From Nanobdellati archaeon (GTDB lineage Archaea; EX4484-52; GLR71): 64,000 nucleotides of DNA. Each line of letters starts with the position of its first letter. Position 1 is the stretch's first letter. Below the pieces are notes generated by a model. It did no database searches. It was given only the letters and a program-made list of their open reading frames with translations, and was not told where the DNA came from. Positions 19,090 to 30,396 of the stretch are shown here, one piece after another. The stretch lies in assembly GCA_019429125.1 (NCBI GenBank), contig JAHYJO010000001.1, positions 64,001-128,000 of the forward strand. The letters run 5' to 3'. A program made the translations under genes and the position numbers.

Positions 19090-20517
19090 TTAGAGTATTA
19101 TATTGCCCCAAGGAACAAGGTATGTAGTATCTGTGTTTTTGTTCATTGTAGGTTTTGGCTGTGTATTATTGTGTATTCTCTTTAGCATGCTTGCGTTCGG
19201 CCTTTGAATGTCTGAAAGCTCAAGGGGTTTAATTGTTTTTTTGGTTATTTTGTGAGCTATACTAAGTATGAGGCTTATTGTAAATATCGTGAGTAACATG
19301 ATAATTAGATTTATGTCTGAAGGACCTAGGAATGGTTGAGCTATTGTTTTTTTTAGATAATCATTCTCGCTTACAAAAAGCGTAAGAGGGATTTCTTTTA
19401 CAATTCGTTCTTCATTTCTGACATATATTATACCATAGTATCTGCCTAGCTTATCATCAATGCTAAAATAGACTGGCAATATCTTGCTTTGTCCTGATTT
19501 GATAACTTCTGCTTCTGGAAGGAAAATAATTTTGTCTGAGAAATCGCTTGATACAGAAAAAAGATGACTTACATTTTCGTTGTTTGTTATTGTCAATCTT
19601 AATAAATTGCTTTCATATTGGTTTATATCAAGCTCTTTGTTGCTAGTTTCAACTTTTATGTAGTTAAAGTCTGTATCTTCATCTTGATTATTGTTGGTGG
19701 TCTCTGTGATCTTTTCGATTTTTGTGTTAATATCTTTAATTTTTAGTTCAATATTTTCTATTTTGGTTTCAAGTTCTTTATTTCCTGATGGTATCTCTTC
19801 GTTTTTTGGTTCTATTATTGTGATTATTACGTCCTTTTTTGGTTCTTTAGGTAATATTTCTGTTTCTTTTGGTATTTGTGCTATATTTATAATTTTGTGT
19901 ATTTTTGTGTTTCCAACGATGATTGTTATTACATGGTCTCCAGGTTTATCTATTTTTATAAAAGTTGAATAATAGCCATTTATGTTTGCGATTATTGTTG
20001 TTTTTGGCATGCCGTTAACAAGAATTTCAATTAGTTCATCAGTTGGGTCTACATAGCCGAAAATATGTAGGTTATCGTTAATCTTTGCTTTTTTTGGATA
20101 AATATTCATTGTAAGATCAGGTGTTGGTTTTTTTTCAAGAATTTCAAATTTTTCAGTTCTGCTGTCTTCAGCCTTTAGCACACTTGTTCCTTTATATATG
20201 CGTGTGATTACTTCTGCTGTGTGCGTGCCTATTTCTAGGTCTTTGGTGTCATAGCTATATGTGTATGATTCTGATTTTTCAGAATAGTACCTTGTGATTT
20301 TTGTTTCAAGTCTGCCGTCTATATAGAAACTTAGAGTGACCTTTGATTCGTCTTCTGTTGTTTCAACATCAAAGTCTACTGTAATTTGTGCCATGTCACC
20401 TTTGTATATATTTTTTTGGGATATATCAAGGTCTGATATTGATATATCTGTTATTGCATACGCAGTTCCTGATAGTAGTGCTAATAATATAATTGTGCTG
20501 AGTATAATATATTTCAT
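19090..20517 (-). CDS. secreted/membrane-anchored Ig-like surface protein
   Basis: Signal peptide, beta-rich domains, C-terminal TM. Confidence 0.75.
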   Translation of the reverse strand: MKYIILSTIILLALLSGTAYAITDISISDLDISQKNIYKGDMAQITVDFDVETTEDESKVTLSFYIDGRLETKITRYYSEKSESYTYSYDTKDLEIGTHTAEVITRIYKGTSVLKAEDSRTEKFEILEKKPTPDLTMNIYPKKAKINDNLHIFGYVDPTDELIEILVNGMPKTTIIANINGYYSTFIKIDKPGDHVITIIVGNTKIHKIINIAQIPKETEILPKEPKKDVIITIIEPKNEEIPSGNKELETKIENIELKIKDINTKIEKITETTNNNQDEDTDFNYIKVETSNKELDINQYESNLLRLTITNNENVSHLFSVSSDFSDKIIFLPEAEVIKSGQSKILPVYFSIDDKLGRYYGIIYVRNEERIVKEIPLTLFVSENDYLKKTIAQPFLGPSDINLIIMLLTIFTISLILSIAHKITKKTIKPLELSDIQRPNASMLKRIHNNTQPKPTMNKNTDTTYLVPWGNIIL

Positions 20518-20653
20518 AATTTTTACCACTTATTGAAGATATATACATTATTAATTTTATAAAGGTATCGTTAAGTTTTAACTAGCAAGTAGTATAAATA
20601 TTGAGTTTAACAAACATATAAAATAAAATATAAGAAAAAAAGAGTGTTTTTGA

Positions 20654-23600
20654 TTATTTTTTAATGACTATTGTGCGTATTTTTTCTCTTTTGAAGTAGA
20701 CTGCGATTATTATCAACAGTATCAATAGGTAGATAATCAAGTTTGAGCTACCTATTGTTGATAAGATATTGCCAGTTGGCCCGTTAATTACAGTTACATT
20801 TGTTTGTTCTTTATCTTCTTTGTAGTCTGTAAGCACATATTGGTATATAAGAACATCTTTTGAGTAAAGTGTTGCTTCACCTTGCTTTATTGCAATGTTG
20901 TGTGTTCCTGTAGCAAGGTTTTCAATCTTGTATGTGATTGAAAAACAATCATTTTCATCTAATTCTTGTGTCTTTACAATTTTATAATCTATTACAAGAT
21001 CTACAGTATTTGATTTAGGATTTGTTAGACATCCCTTTAAAGTCATTGTCTGGCCTATGTATAGGCTGTCTGAGAGTTCTATTTCAGAAATGTATGTTGT
21101 TGCGACGTTTTCGTCTGTTGTTTCTGTATTGGTTTCATTTACAATGATTATTGTTGAACTTCTGCTACTGCCTGAACGGCTACTGCTCCCACCACCATTA
21201 TTAGTTTCAGTTGTTACAGTTATTGTTCCTGATAGATTATTGTTTGATGTGTTCTGATCATATGGTATGTATGCTGACAGTTTCAATGTATGTGTTCCTT
21301 CGGAAGCGGTCCATCCAAATTCAACTCCGGTTGTGTTTCCGCTTGCAAGATTATATGTTTTTGTGGTTATTATGTGCCCATTTATTGATAATGTGACATT
21401 TATTCCGTTCTCGTCGTATAGACCTGCGTTTTCAAGTACGCCTGATATAACTATAGTGTTGCCGGTGTTTGCGCTTGTAGGTGCATTGAAACTATTAATG
21501 CGTACGTCATGGGCATACCTAATATCAAAATTGGTCTTATCTGAAAATTGATGTTCTATTTCTGTAATTGTTATTTGTGGATTAAATGTGCCTGTAGTTG
21601 TTGCATTCAAAGTCCATGTGATTGTTGTTTCTTGATTTATTTCAAGTATGTCAATGTCTATTGTCTGAGTTGTAATAAATTCAAGACCGTCTACGCCTGA
21701 GAGTTGTGCCTTTGTGTTTATTGAAGCATCAGTACCTATGTTATTTATCTTTGCAGTTATATTAAACGTTGTACCATAGAGTATTGTTTTATTAACATCT
21801 GATTCTATTGTGATGAATGGTTGCACTGGTTCAGGGAGGTCAAGTATGTTTATCATAACACTTTCTGATGCATTGTATTCTGGTTCAAAAAGACTTATGA
21901 TTGTCATATTTATCTGTTTTGGACCTGATGATGTGCTATTAATAATCCATTCTTGTCTTATTGGTGGTATTCCGTTTACAGTTGGTTCTATGTCTCCAAG
22001 CAATACTGGGTTTGTTGATGATGTTTCAAGACCTGTTTCTAAAGCAATCTCTGCTTTTGTTGCAAGTGATGTGCTATTTCCAGTATTATAGATTACTGCA
22101 GTCACTAAAAATGATCGTCCAAGTGATATGTTGAAAGGCGCTATAGAGCTTACAGAAAGGTCAATGTATAGATGTGTATTTTTTACTGTTATTGTCTTTT
22201 CCTGCGTTATTCCATCAACTGTGATGTATATTGTTCCAGTGCCTGAACTTATGCCTTTAATTTCAAAATCAATCCATGATGCGTTCTGCTCGGTTGTGTT
22301 TGCATATATGGTTGTTATCTCCTTTGAGGATGAACCTACTATTGCTAAGTTTGATGTTGTTGAGATATTTATTGTGGCATTATTACCATTTACAATACCT
22401 TTGTTGTATATACCTATTGCAACTTGTGTTGTATCATTTTCGACAAGTTCTTCAGGGGATGCAATTCTGAATTCATATATTGGTATGGGTGTGGATTGGA
22501 CATAAATTTTTGAAGTTTTAATTTGATTATTATAATCTGCTTCTATATTTATGACATAGTCTCCCCACCATGTAGCTTCCAGTTCAAGTTCATAAGTATT
22601 ATTGTATCCTACAATAATTGATATATTATCAGTTGTGTTTCCCGATATAAGTGTTAACCTTTCAGGGATAGTTATTGTTAATATACCTTCTGCAGTTGAG
22701 TATCCATAGTTTTCAAGATTTATACTTATATTGAACCTATCTGTCTGGTTAATAGTTATATTGTCTGTAGATATTTTAATGTATGGTTTTGTGTCTATTG
22801 TGAAAGATGTCATGTTTGATTCTTGGTTTGAGTTTCCATAGTTGTCTTGACATCTTGTATAAAATGTGTATGCACCGTCTGTAAGAGTTAGTTCTTGCGT
22901 ATGGATCGTTGTGCCAGTTGTTGTGAATGTGTTTGCCATTGCGCTGTAATCTGTATCTATTGTATCATATTTACAGGTTGCATTTTCATTGGTTGTAGCT
23001 CCAAGATTGAATGTGTTTACATGTTGATCTTCTGTTGGTGTAAATGTAAGTATTTGTGGGGGTGTTGTGTCTCTGATTTCAAGTTCAAGATATTTTTCAT
23101 TGTTTGTTTCATTAGATTCATAAATACTATTTGTAGGGTCTACGATGACTTTAAAGTTGTGTATGCCTAGTTTTCCTAATGTGTCATAATTAAATATTAT
23201 TTCTTCAGAACTAATAGTATTTATAGTGATATCTTTTGTTGCAATTAATACTAGATTATCCCATAATTGTATCTGTGTATTTAGAACTTCATCTCCACCG
23301 TTTACAACATGAGCTATAAGATTTATTATTAAGCCTTCACTAACGGGACTAGGTATGTTTGATTCAAATGCAGATATATGAAGGTCTGGTTTGCTTCTTA
23401 CTTCAAGTGTTATTGCGTCTTTTGCAATATTACCTAAAGTATCATTTGCAATAATCATAATAGTATATTCTGTTGGTATCTCTGGTGTTGTAAATGTTCC
23501 GGTATATATATCACCTGCTTTATTCATAGTGATTGTTCCTGCAATACCATTTATTTTTGTGTATACAGTGTCTACAGCGTTTAAATCTGTAATTGTTGCT

Positions 23601-25054
23601 GTAACTGTTACAGTATTTCCAAGTCTTACTGGGTTTGGCGAAAGGTTACTATTTGTTATGATTGGTGCTTCAGTATCAACATAAAATGACCAACTTGTAA
23701 CAGTAGGGTTTCCAAAATAGTCTTTTACTCTAATTTCTATGTTATGTGTTTCATCAGAAAGGTTTTCTGAGGGTGTGTATGAGGCATAATTTCCAGAGGT
23801 TATCATAGTTTTTGTTGTACTGTCAAGAGTAAGTTCTAATGTTGACCAATTTATTCCAAAACCTTGATCTGTTATTTTTACTTTTATTTCTTGTCTTGGA
23901 TTTGATATGATTTCATTTATAGTTGGAGTTATTATATCTATATTTGGGGGTGTTGAATCTGCTTCTCTTGAGTCAACATAAACCCAATTACTTCCTGATG
24001 CAGTATTATTATTTGAATCAGTTGCAGTTATGTTAATATAGTAAGTATTTGTTGAAACAACAGTTCCAGAATTATCTGTTCCATCCCATAATTGTACTAT
24101 TGCATAATCTAAGGATGTACTTGAGAATGTTTGTACAATGTTGCCATATTCATTTTTTTCCCTTATTGTTATAGTGTATTTAACATCTTGTGTGGATACT
24201 GTTGCAGATATTGTTGAGGTGTCTCCCCATGTTGGTATATTTGGATATATTGTTTCTGGATTTGCTGAGACTTCGTATATTCTGAAACCTTCTGCAGTTT
24301 CATAAATGTTAAGATAATTAAATGCTGAGTCTTGAGCGGATTCTATACATGAACAGTCATCTAAAAGACCAATGACTTCATATTTATATTTGTCTGCGAT
24401 AGAGGGTGACCATTCTGTTGTTATTTCTGCAACACCATCTTTAATTATTGTGCCATTACTATCTTTTTTTGTTGGTATTGTAACTGTTATTTCGCCACTT
24501 GTATATGCTAGACTTCCATTACTGTAATATACATTAAAGATTACTGTGTTATCTAGATCATATATGTCAAGAGGTACTCCTGGCACGTAATTTTCTGTCC
24601 AAGATGTAATCTTATCTGTAAATGTTACGACATTATCTACTATGTAACTTGAGGATTTAACTGTAGGATTTTCAACATTTACAGTACATGTTCTTTTTTT
24701 GAGATTGATTGTATATTGTGGAGTATAATTTGGATCATTTATTAGGAAATTATTTTTGTAAGTAGGGACATAACAACTTCTATACATTATAAGGTCATAA
24801 TATCCATTGTCTAAATCATCATAGACATAATTATTTATTCCTGTATTTTGATTGAAATAAATATTATTTATGTTATTAACTTCAGATCTTATGAATGTTG
24901 TTTGGTTTAATGATGCGTTTGTGTAGAAGTCTTTAGCATAATATGTAAATTGTTCAGCTGAAACAAGAGTTATTGATGCTGTAAACAGTATAACTAAGAT
25001 AATTAGCAATATGTTGAATCTGTTTAATAGTTTTATATTATTTAATATTTTCAT
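20654..25054 (-). CDS. large (1466 aa) surface glycoprotein with CARDB/Ig-like domains
   Basis: Signal peptide, CARDB motif VDPTNSIYESNETNN, DTTPP linkers, many NxT/S sequons, GGGSSS linker, C-terminal TM. Confidence 0.85.
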   Translation of the reverse strand: MKILNNIKLLNRFNILLIILVILFTASITLVSAEQFTYYAKDFYTNASLNQTTFIRSEVNNINNIYFNQNTGINNYVYDDLDNGYYDLIMYRSCYVPTYKNNFLINDPNYTPQYTINLKKRTCTVNVENPTVKSSSYIVDNVVTFTDKITSWTENYVPGVPLDIYDLDNTVIFNVYYSNGSLAYTSGEITVTIPTKKDSNGTIIKDGVAEITTEWSPSIADKYKYEVIGLLDDCSCIESAQDSAFNYLNIYETAEGFRIYEVSANPETIYPNIPTWGDTSTISATVSTQDVKYTITIREKNEYGNIVQTFSSTSLDYAIVQLWDGTDNSGTVVSTNTYYINITATDSNNNTASGSNWVYVDSREADSTPPNIDIITPTINEIISNPRQEIKVKITDQGFGINWSTLELTLDSTTKTMITSGNYASYTPSENLSDETHNIEIRVKDYFGNPTVTSWSFYVDTEAPIITNSNLSPNPVRLGNTVTVTATITDLNAVDTVYTKINGIAGTITMNKAGDIYTGTFTTPEIPTEYTIMIIANDTLGNIAKDAITLEVRSKPDLHISAFESNIPSPVSEGLIINLIAHVVNGGDEVLNTQIQLWDNLVLIATKDITINTISSEEIIFNYDTLGKLGIHNFKVIVDPTNSIYESNETNNEKYLELEIRDTTPPQILTFTPTEDQHVNTFNLGATTNENATCKYDTIDTDYSAMANTFTTTGTTIHTQELTLTDGAYTFYTRCQDNYGNSNQESNMTSFTIDTKPYIKISTDNITINQTDRFNISINLENYGYSTAEGILTITIPERLTLISGNTTDNISIIVGYNNTYELELEATWWGDYVINIEADYNNQIKTSKIYVQSTPIPIYEFRIASPEELVENDTTQVAIGIYNKGIVNGNNATINISTTSNLAIVGSSSKEITTIYANTTEQNASWIDFEIKGISSGTGTIYITVDGITQEKTITVKNTHLYIDLSVSSIAPFNISLGRSFLVTAVIYNTGNSTSLATKAEIALETGLETSSTNPVLLGDIEPTVNGIPPIRQEWIINSTSSGPKQINMTIISLFEPEYNASESVMINILDLPEPVQPFITIESDVNKTILYGTTFNITAKINNIGTDASINTKAQLSGVDGLEFITTQTIDIDILEINQETTITWTLNATTTGTFNPQITITEIEHQFSDKTNFDIRYAHDVRINSFNAPTSANTGNTIVISGVLENAGLYDENGINVTLSINGHIITTKTYNLASGNTTGVEFGWTASEGTHTLKLSAYIPYDQNTSNNNLSGTITVTTETNNGGGSSSRSGSSRSSTIIIVNETNTETTDENVATTYISEIELSDSLYIGQTMTLKGCLTNPKSNTVDLVIDYKIVKTQELDENDCFSITYKIENLATGTHNIAIKQGEATLYSKDVLIYQYVLTDYKEDKEQTNVTVINGPTGNILSTIGSSNLIIYLLILLIIIAVYFKREKIRTIVIKK

Positions 25055-25066
25055 ATAAATACACCT

Positions 25067-26485
25067 CTAAACTTTTGGTCTGTGGTCGCCGCCACCGTCG
25101 CCATCGTCGCCATCATCCTCTCTATCTTTTTTACCATCGGTTAAGGTTCCAGAGGATCCACTTTGTGGAAATAAATTTGAATTATCTTTTTCTATTTTGT
25201 TTAATTGATCCCATGCGTTTCCTGAATTATATTCACCCTTTACATATCCACATTGATTTTCAATACCTACAAGTAAGTATGTTGATTCATCCTCTTTACC
25301 TTCTAAATTCTTAAATACAACATTATTACGTTTTGTTGTAAAAATTATACCTGGTGGAACTGTGGATTTATCCTTTCTGAAATAATATTTTTTAAGAATA
25401 TGCGTTAGTTGATCTTCATCAGTATAACTTTGTTTTATTGCTAAATCTAATTCTTTTGAGCTATCTTTTGTTAAATAATTAGTAGTGTCTTCAATTGTAT
25501 CTTTAGGTACGATTTTTAAGAGCATACCAGTAGGGCCTTTTTTTAGATCTTTATTTTTATAAACAATCTCTGTTATATAATCAGAATCCAAAATCAATGA
25601 AAAATTGTCATCAATTGAATATGTATTTACAAATGGTATATCTGTTTTTTTATCAGATTCTTCTAAGATTTTCTTTGTTATTTGAGTGTAATCGTCATAG
25701 GGAACTGTATATTTTTTGTCATCCCAATAAATTAGGTTTCCTTTTGGATTAGATAATATTTCTATTATTGCATCTTTAATTGCATCTGGTATATCTATTT
25801 CGCTATCATTTTCAGGAAGATATTGTACTAAATCGTCAATCTCTTCTGTAAGTATTCCTTCTTGTTTTAGGTCTTCAAAGAAAGAGAGATAAGATCTCCA
25901 AAAAGCATTATCAAAGAATGGATTGTGTTCTTGTGTATACTCAGGAAAACTAAATTTTTCTAAGATTTTTTTTATATCGTTTGATGTAGTTTTTAGTTTT
26001 TCTCCTACTGTAAGACTACCAAATGTAAGTAGACCTAATGCTATAATACCTGTTCCTATTTTATAGATAAGAGGTCTTTCTGTTGATGTATCAGAAATTA
26101 GAAGTTCATCTGGGATGTAATTAATTGGTGTGGTTGTCTTATTAATCAATGTTTTTTCTGAGTCATTATCAACTTGTGTGTATTCTGGTTGTGAAGATTT
26201 AAGTTGTGTATCTATTGTATATAATGCGTTTATTTGTCCTTTAATAAGATTATCTAAATTTTTCAGTTTTTTTGAGTTTGTATCATTATTTGGTTCATTT
26301 AAAAGTTCTAGAGATGTTTTGATGGTTTCTCTAAGGTATGAGGGACTTAAACTTTTTGGGTTAGTCATATCATATGTGTTATCAAGATAATTTGTTAGTG
26401 GTGTACCTAAATTATTTAATTCTTCAAGTACTCCATTTAAAAGTTCAATTTTTGTCGTATTATTTTTTAATCCCATAATTTTCAA
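25067..26485 (-). CDS. hypothetical single-pass membrane protein
   Basis: 472 aa, one TM near residue 140, acidic tail. Confidence 0.65.
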   Translation of the reverse strand: MKIMGLKNNTTKIELLNGVLEELNNLGTPLTNYLDNTYDMTNPKSLSPSYLRETIKTSLELLNEPNNDTNSKKLKNLDNLIKGQINALYTIDTQLKSSQPEYTQVDNDSEKTLINKTTTPINYIPDELLISDTSTERPLIYKIGTGIIALGLLTFGSLTVGEKLKTTSNDIKKILEKFSFPEYTQEHNPFFDNAFWRSYLSFFEDLKQEGILTEEIDDLVQYLPENDSEIDIPDAIKDAIIEILSNPKGNLIYWDDKKYTVPYDDYTQITKKILEESDKKTDIPFVNTYSIDDNFSLILDSDYITEIVYKNKDLKKGPTGMLLKIVPKDTIEDTTNYLTKDSSKELDLAIKQSYTDEDQLTHILKKYYFRKDKSTVPPGIIFTTKRNNVVFKNLEGKEDESTYLLVGIENQCGYVKGEYNSGNAWDQLNKIEKDNSNLFPQSGSSGTLTDGKKDREDDGDDGDGGGDHRPKV

Positions 26486-26788
26486 CCTATGATGATTATA
26501 TTCTATTTTAATTATTGATGTTTATTTTTATAAACTTTTCTATTACTTTTAGGGGATAACATCTACAATTTATTTGGGTATGGGTTTGTCTGCTATGTAA
26601 ATTCCCTTTGTATTAATCCACCCCTGATACAAATTGGTATCTGCATCAATTATACTGACTAGTAATATAATTGTTTTTAATCTTTATATATTTCAAATTT
26701 CTGCCTGTCTGTACAAAATTTATGTTTAAAATGTAGTTTTTAAGTATTATTGAATATAATATAATGTAGGTATTAGTTGGAGTTAAAT

Positions 26789-27787
26789 ATGAAAAAGGCA
26801 ATGTTCTTTAAATCAATTGAAGGTTCAAGGGTACAGTGTCAGCTTTGTCCTAATAACTGTATTATTTCTGAAGGGGGTATTGGTTCGTGTCGTGTGCGAA
26901 AAAAGGTTGATGGTATTCTTTATTCTCTTAATTATGGTAAAATTGTATCTTTGGCAGTTGATCCTATCGAGAAGAAACCGCTGTATCATTTCTATCCTGG
27001 TTCTGAGTCTCTGTCTATTGCTACTGTCGGCTGTAATTTTCATTGCAAGTTCTGTCAGAATTGGGAGATTTCGCAGTCTTCTTTTATATTTGGTGAGGAT
27101 ATGACTCCTCAGGATGTTGTTAATCTTGCTTTGTTGAAAGGGGTGAAATCAATATCTTATACTTATACTGAACCAACTATATTTTTTGAGTTTGCATATG
27201 ATACTGCAAAGCTTGCACATAGTTGTGGCATTCAGAATGTATTTGTTACAAACGGGTTCATTAATTCTCTTCCTTTTAAGAAGATTGTACCGTATCTTGA
27301 TGCTGTAAATATTGATTTGAAATCGTTTAATGATATATTTTATCAGAAACTTTGTAGTGTTAGGGGGGTCAGTCCAGTATTAGATACTATACAGTTGGCT
27401 TATGGGTTAGGGATTCATATTGAACTTACAAATCTTCTCATTCCTGGATGGAATACTTCATCTGTTCAGATAAAAGCGTTGTGTGAGTGGGTTTATGCGT
27501 TGGATAAGCGCATACCTCTTCATTTCTCAAGGTATTTTCCTGCATATAAGATGACTGTTGAATCTACACCTGTTGCGGTTCTTGAGAGCGCATATGGTAT
27601 TGCAAAAAAGGTAGGGCTTGAATATGTGTATGTTGGTAATGTTGTTAATGGTGTGCAAGAGACATATTGTCCTTCTTGCGGTGAGCTTTTGGTGGATAGA
27701 GGGAGAAGGGTTGAACCATTGCAAAAACTAATTAAGGGTGCATGTCCTAAATGTAAATATAAAGTTTATGGAGTGGGGTTATTATGA
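26789..27787 (+). CDS. amrS: AmmeMemoRadiSam system radical SAM enzyme
   Basis: CQLCPNNC, DPIEKKPLYHF, GCNFHCKFCQNWEISQ, YTYTEP, HFSRYFP. Confidence 0.92.
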   Translation: MKKAMFFKSIEGSRVQCQLCPNNCIISEGGIGSCRVRKKVDGILYSLNYGKIVSLAVDPIEKKPLYHFYPGSESLSIATVGCNFHCKFCQNWEISQSSFIFGEDMTPQDVVNLALLKGVKSISYTYTEPTIFFEFAYDTAKLAHSCGIQNVFVTNGFINSLPFKKIVPYLDAVNIDLKSFNDIFYQKLCSVRGVSPVLDTIQLAYGLGIHIELTNLLIPGWNTSSVQIKALCEWVYALDKRIPLHFSRYFPAYKMTVESTPVAVLESAYGIAKKVGLEYVYVGNVVNGVQETYCPSCGELLVDRGRRVEPLQKLIKGACPKCKYKVYGVGLL

Positions 27788-28728
27788 AAATGATTAAAAA
27801 TGTAAATATCTTATTTTGGAGTGTATTTATTTCTATGTTTATTTTTTATCCGTCATTTTCATTTGCTCATGAATCTGATGTTTTTGAGTCATATTCTATT
27901 TTTGTGGATGTAGGTCCTAATTTAATAAAATATAGTTATGACTTTGTATTGGTTTTGGAGGGGGGTAAACATGTCTATGATTTTGTTTTTGCGCCAGATT
28001 CAAAAGATGTGCGTGTGTTGTTAAATAATGTGCCTGTTGATTGTAGTAGTTCTTTTGAGGTAGGTAAGACTATTGTCTTATGTGATATGTCTAATGCGCT
28101 TTCTGGAAAAAATTATGTGTCTGCAGAATATATAAGTTCTTATTCATTGTTTGATTTTGAAAATATGAAGATGTTTAAGGATTCTTTTGATATTGGTGGT
28201 AATGCTATTTATTTTAAGTTATCAGTAAAACTTCCGTTAGGGTATATCCTTCCTGCTCGGTCGGATTATTTTGTGACTCCAACACCTGACATTATTTATT
28301 CTGATGGACGGCGACATATAATTTCATGGGATTATAATAATGTCTCATCATTTGATGTTTCAGTTATTTTTGAACCATCATCTGGTATTGATAGTGGTGT
28401 GTCTTATGTATCTTTATTGTTTTATTTATTGTTTGGATTTTTAGTTGTGCGTTATTTCATATATTATCGTGTCAATCGAAAAAAAACTGAAATTAAGGAA
28501 ATTGTATATTCGCATCTTCTTGAAAGTGAGAGTGCAGTTGTGGATGCGCTTCAAGCTAATATGGGTGTTCTTAAACAGAAAGAGTTGCAGGATATAACTA
28601 GCTTTTCAAAGGCAAAATTGAGTAGGGTTATTACTAATCTTGAATCTCGTGGTATTGTTAAAAAGAAACCTTTCGGTAACAGTAACAAGATATTTTTGAT
28701 TGTTGCTGATAAAGTCAAAAAGCAATAA
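27784..28728 (+). CDS. membrane-associated transcriptional regulator (ectodomain-TM-wHTH, COG2512-like)
   Basis: Signal peptide, ectodomain, TM, C-terminal QKEL...FSKAKLSRVITNLESRGIV wHTH. Confidence 0.85.
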   Translation: MKMIKNVNILFWSVFISMFIFYPSFSFAHESDVFESYSIFVDVGPNLIKYSYDFVLVLEGGKHVYDFVFAPDSKDVRVLLNNVPVDCSSSFEVGKTIVLCDMSNALSGKNYVSAEYISSYSLFDFENMKMFKDSFDIGGNAIYFKLSVKLPLGYILPARSDYFVTPTPDIIYSDGRRHIISWDYNNVSSFDVSVIFEPSSGIDSGVSYVSLLFYLLFGFLVVRYFIYYRVNRKKTEIKEIVYSHLLESESAVVDALQANMGVLKQKELQDITSFSKAKLSRVITNLESRGIVKKKPFGNSNKIFLIVADKVKKQ

Positions 28729-28746
28729 AGTATGCAATAGGGGTTA

Positions 28747-28789
28747 TTGTTTCATCTTGTTCCACATTGTTTCAAGGAATGTTTATATA
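28747..28789 (+). promoter_or_regulatory. three 10-bp-phased TTGTT(T/C)CA direct repeats immediately upstream of a TATA box
   Basis: TTGTTTCA 28747, TTGTTCCA 28757, TTGTTTCA 28767; TTTATATA 28782. Confidence 0.6.
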
Positions 28790-28864
28790 GGAGTATTATT
28801 GATTAGTTCTATGGATTGCTATTAGGTTGGCAATATTTTGTATATTTAAAAATGGTGAAATGAT

Positions 28865-30178
28865 ATGAAACGACAAAATTTAATGAAATTGTTTGCGCTT
28901 CTTGTCGCAGCTATGTATATGGTAGTTCCTGCAGCTTTTGCAGAGGATGCAGTAACTATGTTAACTAATACTGCTATAAATACTGCTGTTGGTGATGATG
29001 TCGCTGATCTTAATGACATTGCTGTACAAAGTGACGAAGAGGATTCAGCAGAGGCTGGTGTAACTCCTGATTCTCCGTTATACAGGTTGGATGTTGCGAT
29101 GGATAATATTGGTCTTATGTTTACATTCAATAAGGCAAAGAAAGCTGAGAAGAAGCTTGAGATTGCTAAGGAAAGGCTTAAGGAAGCAAAGATGATGGCT
29201 ATTGCTAATAATTTGGATGCTATGGAAAAAGCAAAAAATCGTCATGATGCGATGCTTCTTTCGGCTGAAGAAGATATTGAAGCAATTAATGGTAATGAGA
29301 CTAAAGCATTGATGAGCAATATTAGAATTAAGTCTATGTTAAAATTACATAATCAGGAAGTTGCTGATGTTGAACAGGAACTTACATTGAGAGTTCGTGG
29401 AAATCTTAAGGATAAACAGCAAGAAAAACTTGATTCATTTATTGAAAGTATGAAAGGCAGTTCTAAGTCTATTGAAGTAAAAGTTCAGAATAAGGAAGAA
29501 AAGATGAAAGCAGTGGTTAAGAGGACACGTAATCTGTCTGATGATGATGTTGATGCTGAATTTGAGAAGATTAATCGTGAAACCTTACGGGAACATATGA
29601 GTGTTAAGGCTCTTGATGTTATAGGTCAGGCTGAAGATGCAATTGGTCGTGCAGAAGATTTGATTGAAAAAAAATCTGAAGCAGGTAAGGATGTGACTTA
29701 TTCAATTGAGCAACTTGACGAAGCTAAAATTATTCTTTTAAAAGCAAAAGAATCTCTTGATAATGATGATGTTGAGGATTCTATTGAACAGGCTTTTAAG
29801 GCTAAAAGGATGGCTGTATATGCTGCAAGCGGGTTTTCTGTTGAGAAACTTATGAATACGCCTATGAAAGATAATGTGGAATTTAATGAAATGAAAGAAC
29901 AGATTCGTGAAAATATGGAAGAACGAGTACAAGTTCGTGAAAATATTCGTGAGCCGAAAGAAGAAATGATGCGGAATCGTGAAAATATTCGTGAGCCAAT
30001 GAAAGATAATAAGGGTGACAAAGATGTTGATTCTGATGATGACTTTGATGATGACTCTGATGATGAGAATAGTAATAATTCATCTAATATATCTTTGAAT
30101 GCATCTGTGTCAGGTACAGATAATAGTATGTCTGGTTCTGTGTCTGGTAATATCGGCAGTAAAAATTCCGGCCAATAA
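28865..30178 (+). CDS. secreted coiled-coil protein (DUF5667-like)
   Basis: Signal peptide; AGVTPDSPLYRLD..M...F...KKAE...A.ERLKEA; acidic low-complexity tail. Confidence 0.8.
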   Translation: MKRQNLMKLFALLVAAMYMVVPAAFAEDAVTMLTNTAINTAVGDDVADLNDIAVQSDEEDSAEAGVTPDSPLYRLDVAMDNIGLMFTFNKAKKAEKKLEIAKERLKEAKMMAIANNLDAMEKAKNRHDAMLLSAEEDIEAINGNETKALMSNIRIKSMLKLHNQEVADVEQELTLRVRGNLKDKQQEKLDSFIESMKGSSKSIEVKVQNKEEKMKAVVKRTRNLSDDDVDAEFEKINRETLREHMSVKALDVIGQAEDAIGRAEDLIEKKSEAGKDVTYSIEQLDEAKIILLKAKESLDNDDVEDSIEQAFKAKRMAVYAASGFSVEKLMNTPMKDNVEFNEMKEQIRENMEERVQVRENIREPKEEMMRNRENIREPMKDNKGDKDVDSDDDFDDDSDDENSNNSSNISLNASVSGTDNSMSGSVSGNIGSKNSGQ

Positions 30179-30228
30179 TAAATTTTAATTTAAAGGGGTT
30201 TTTATAACTCTCCTTTTTTTCTTTTTTC

Positions 30229-30396
30229 GGCACTGTTCAAAAAGTGAGTTATTTTTAATATTTTTAAAATATTGTTTGTTTATAAACTCCGGCAGAAATC
30301 CATTTAATATACACATTTTACGTAGAATTACAAAATAAATGAAGGTATTTAATTAACTACATTTTGTTTGAAATCACTCAAAAAATGAACTGTGCC
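30229..30396. mobile_element. 168-bp MITE with ~26-bp imperfect TIRs and 8-bp TSD
   Basis: Ends GGCACTGTTCA...TGAACTGTGCC; flanked by CTTTTTTC on both sides (30221-28, 30397-404); second copy at 45985. Confidence 0.92.

Noticed and set aside
26558-26720. Possible gene remnant on the minus strand (LVSIIDADTNLYQGWINTKGIYIADKPIPK)
   Set aside because: Too short, no start codon, no family recognised
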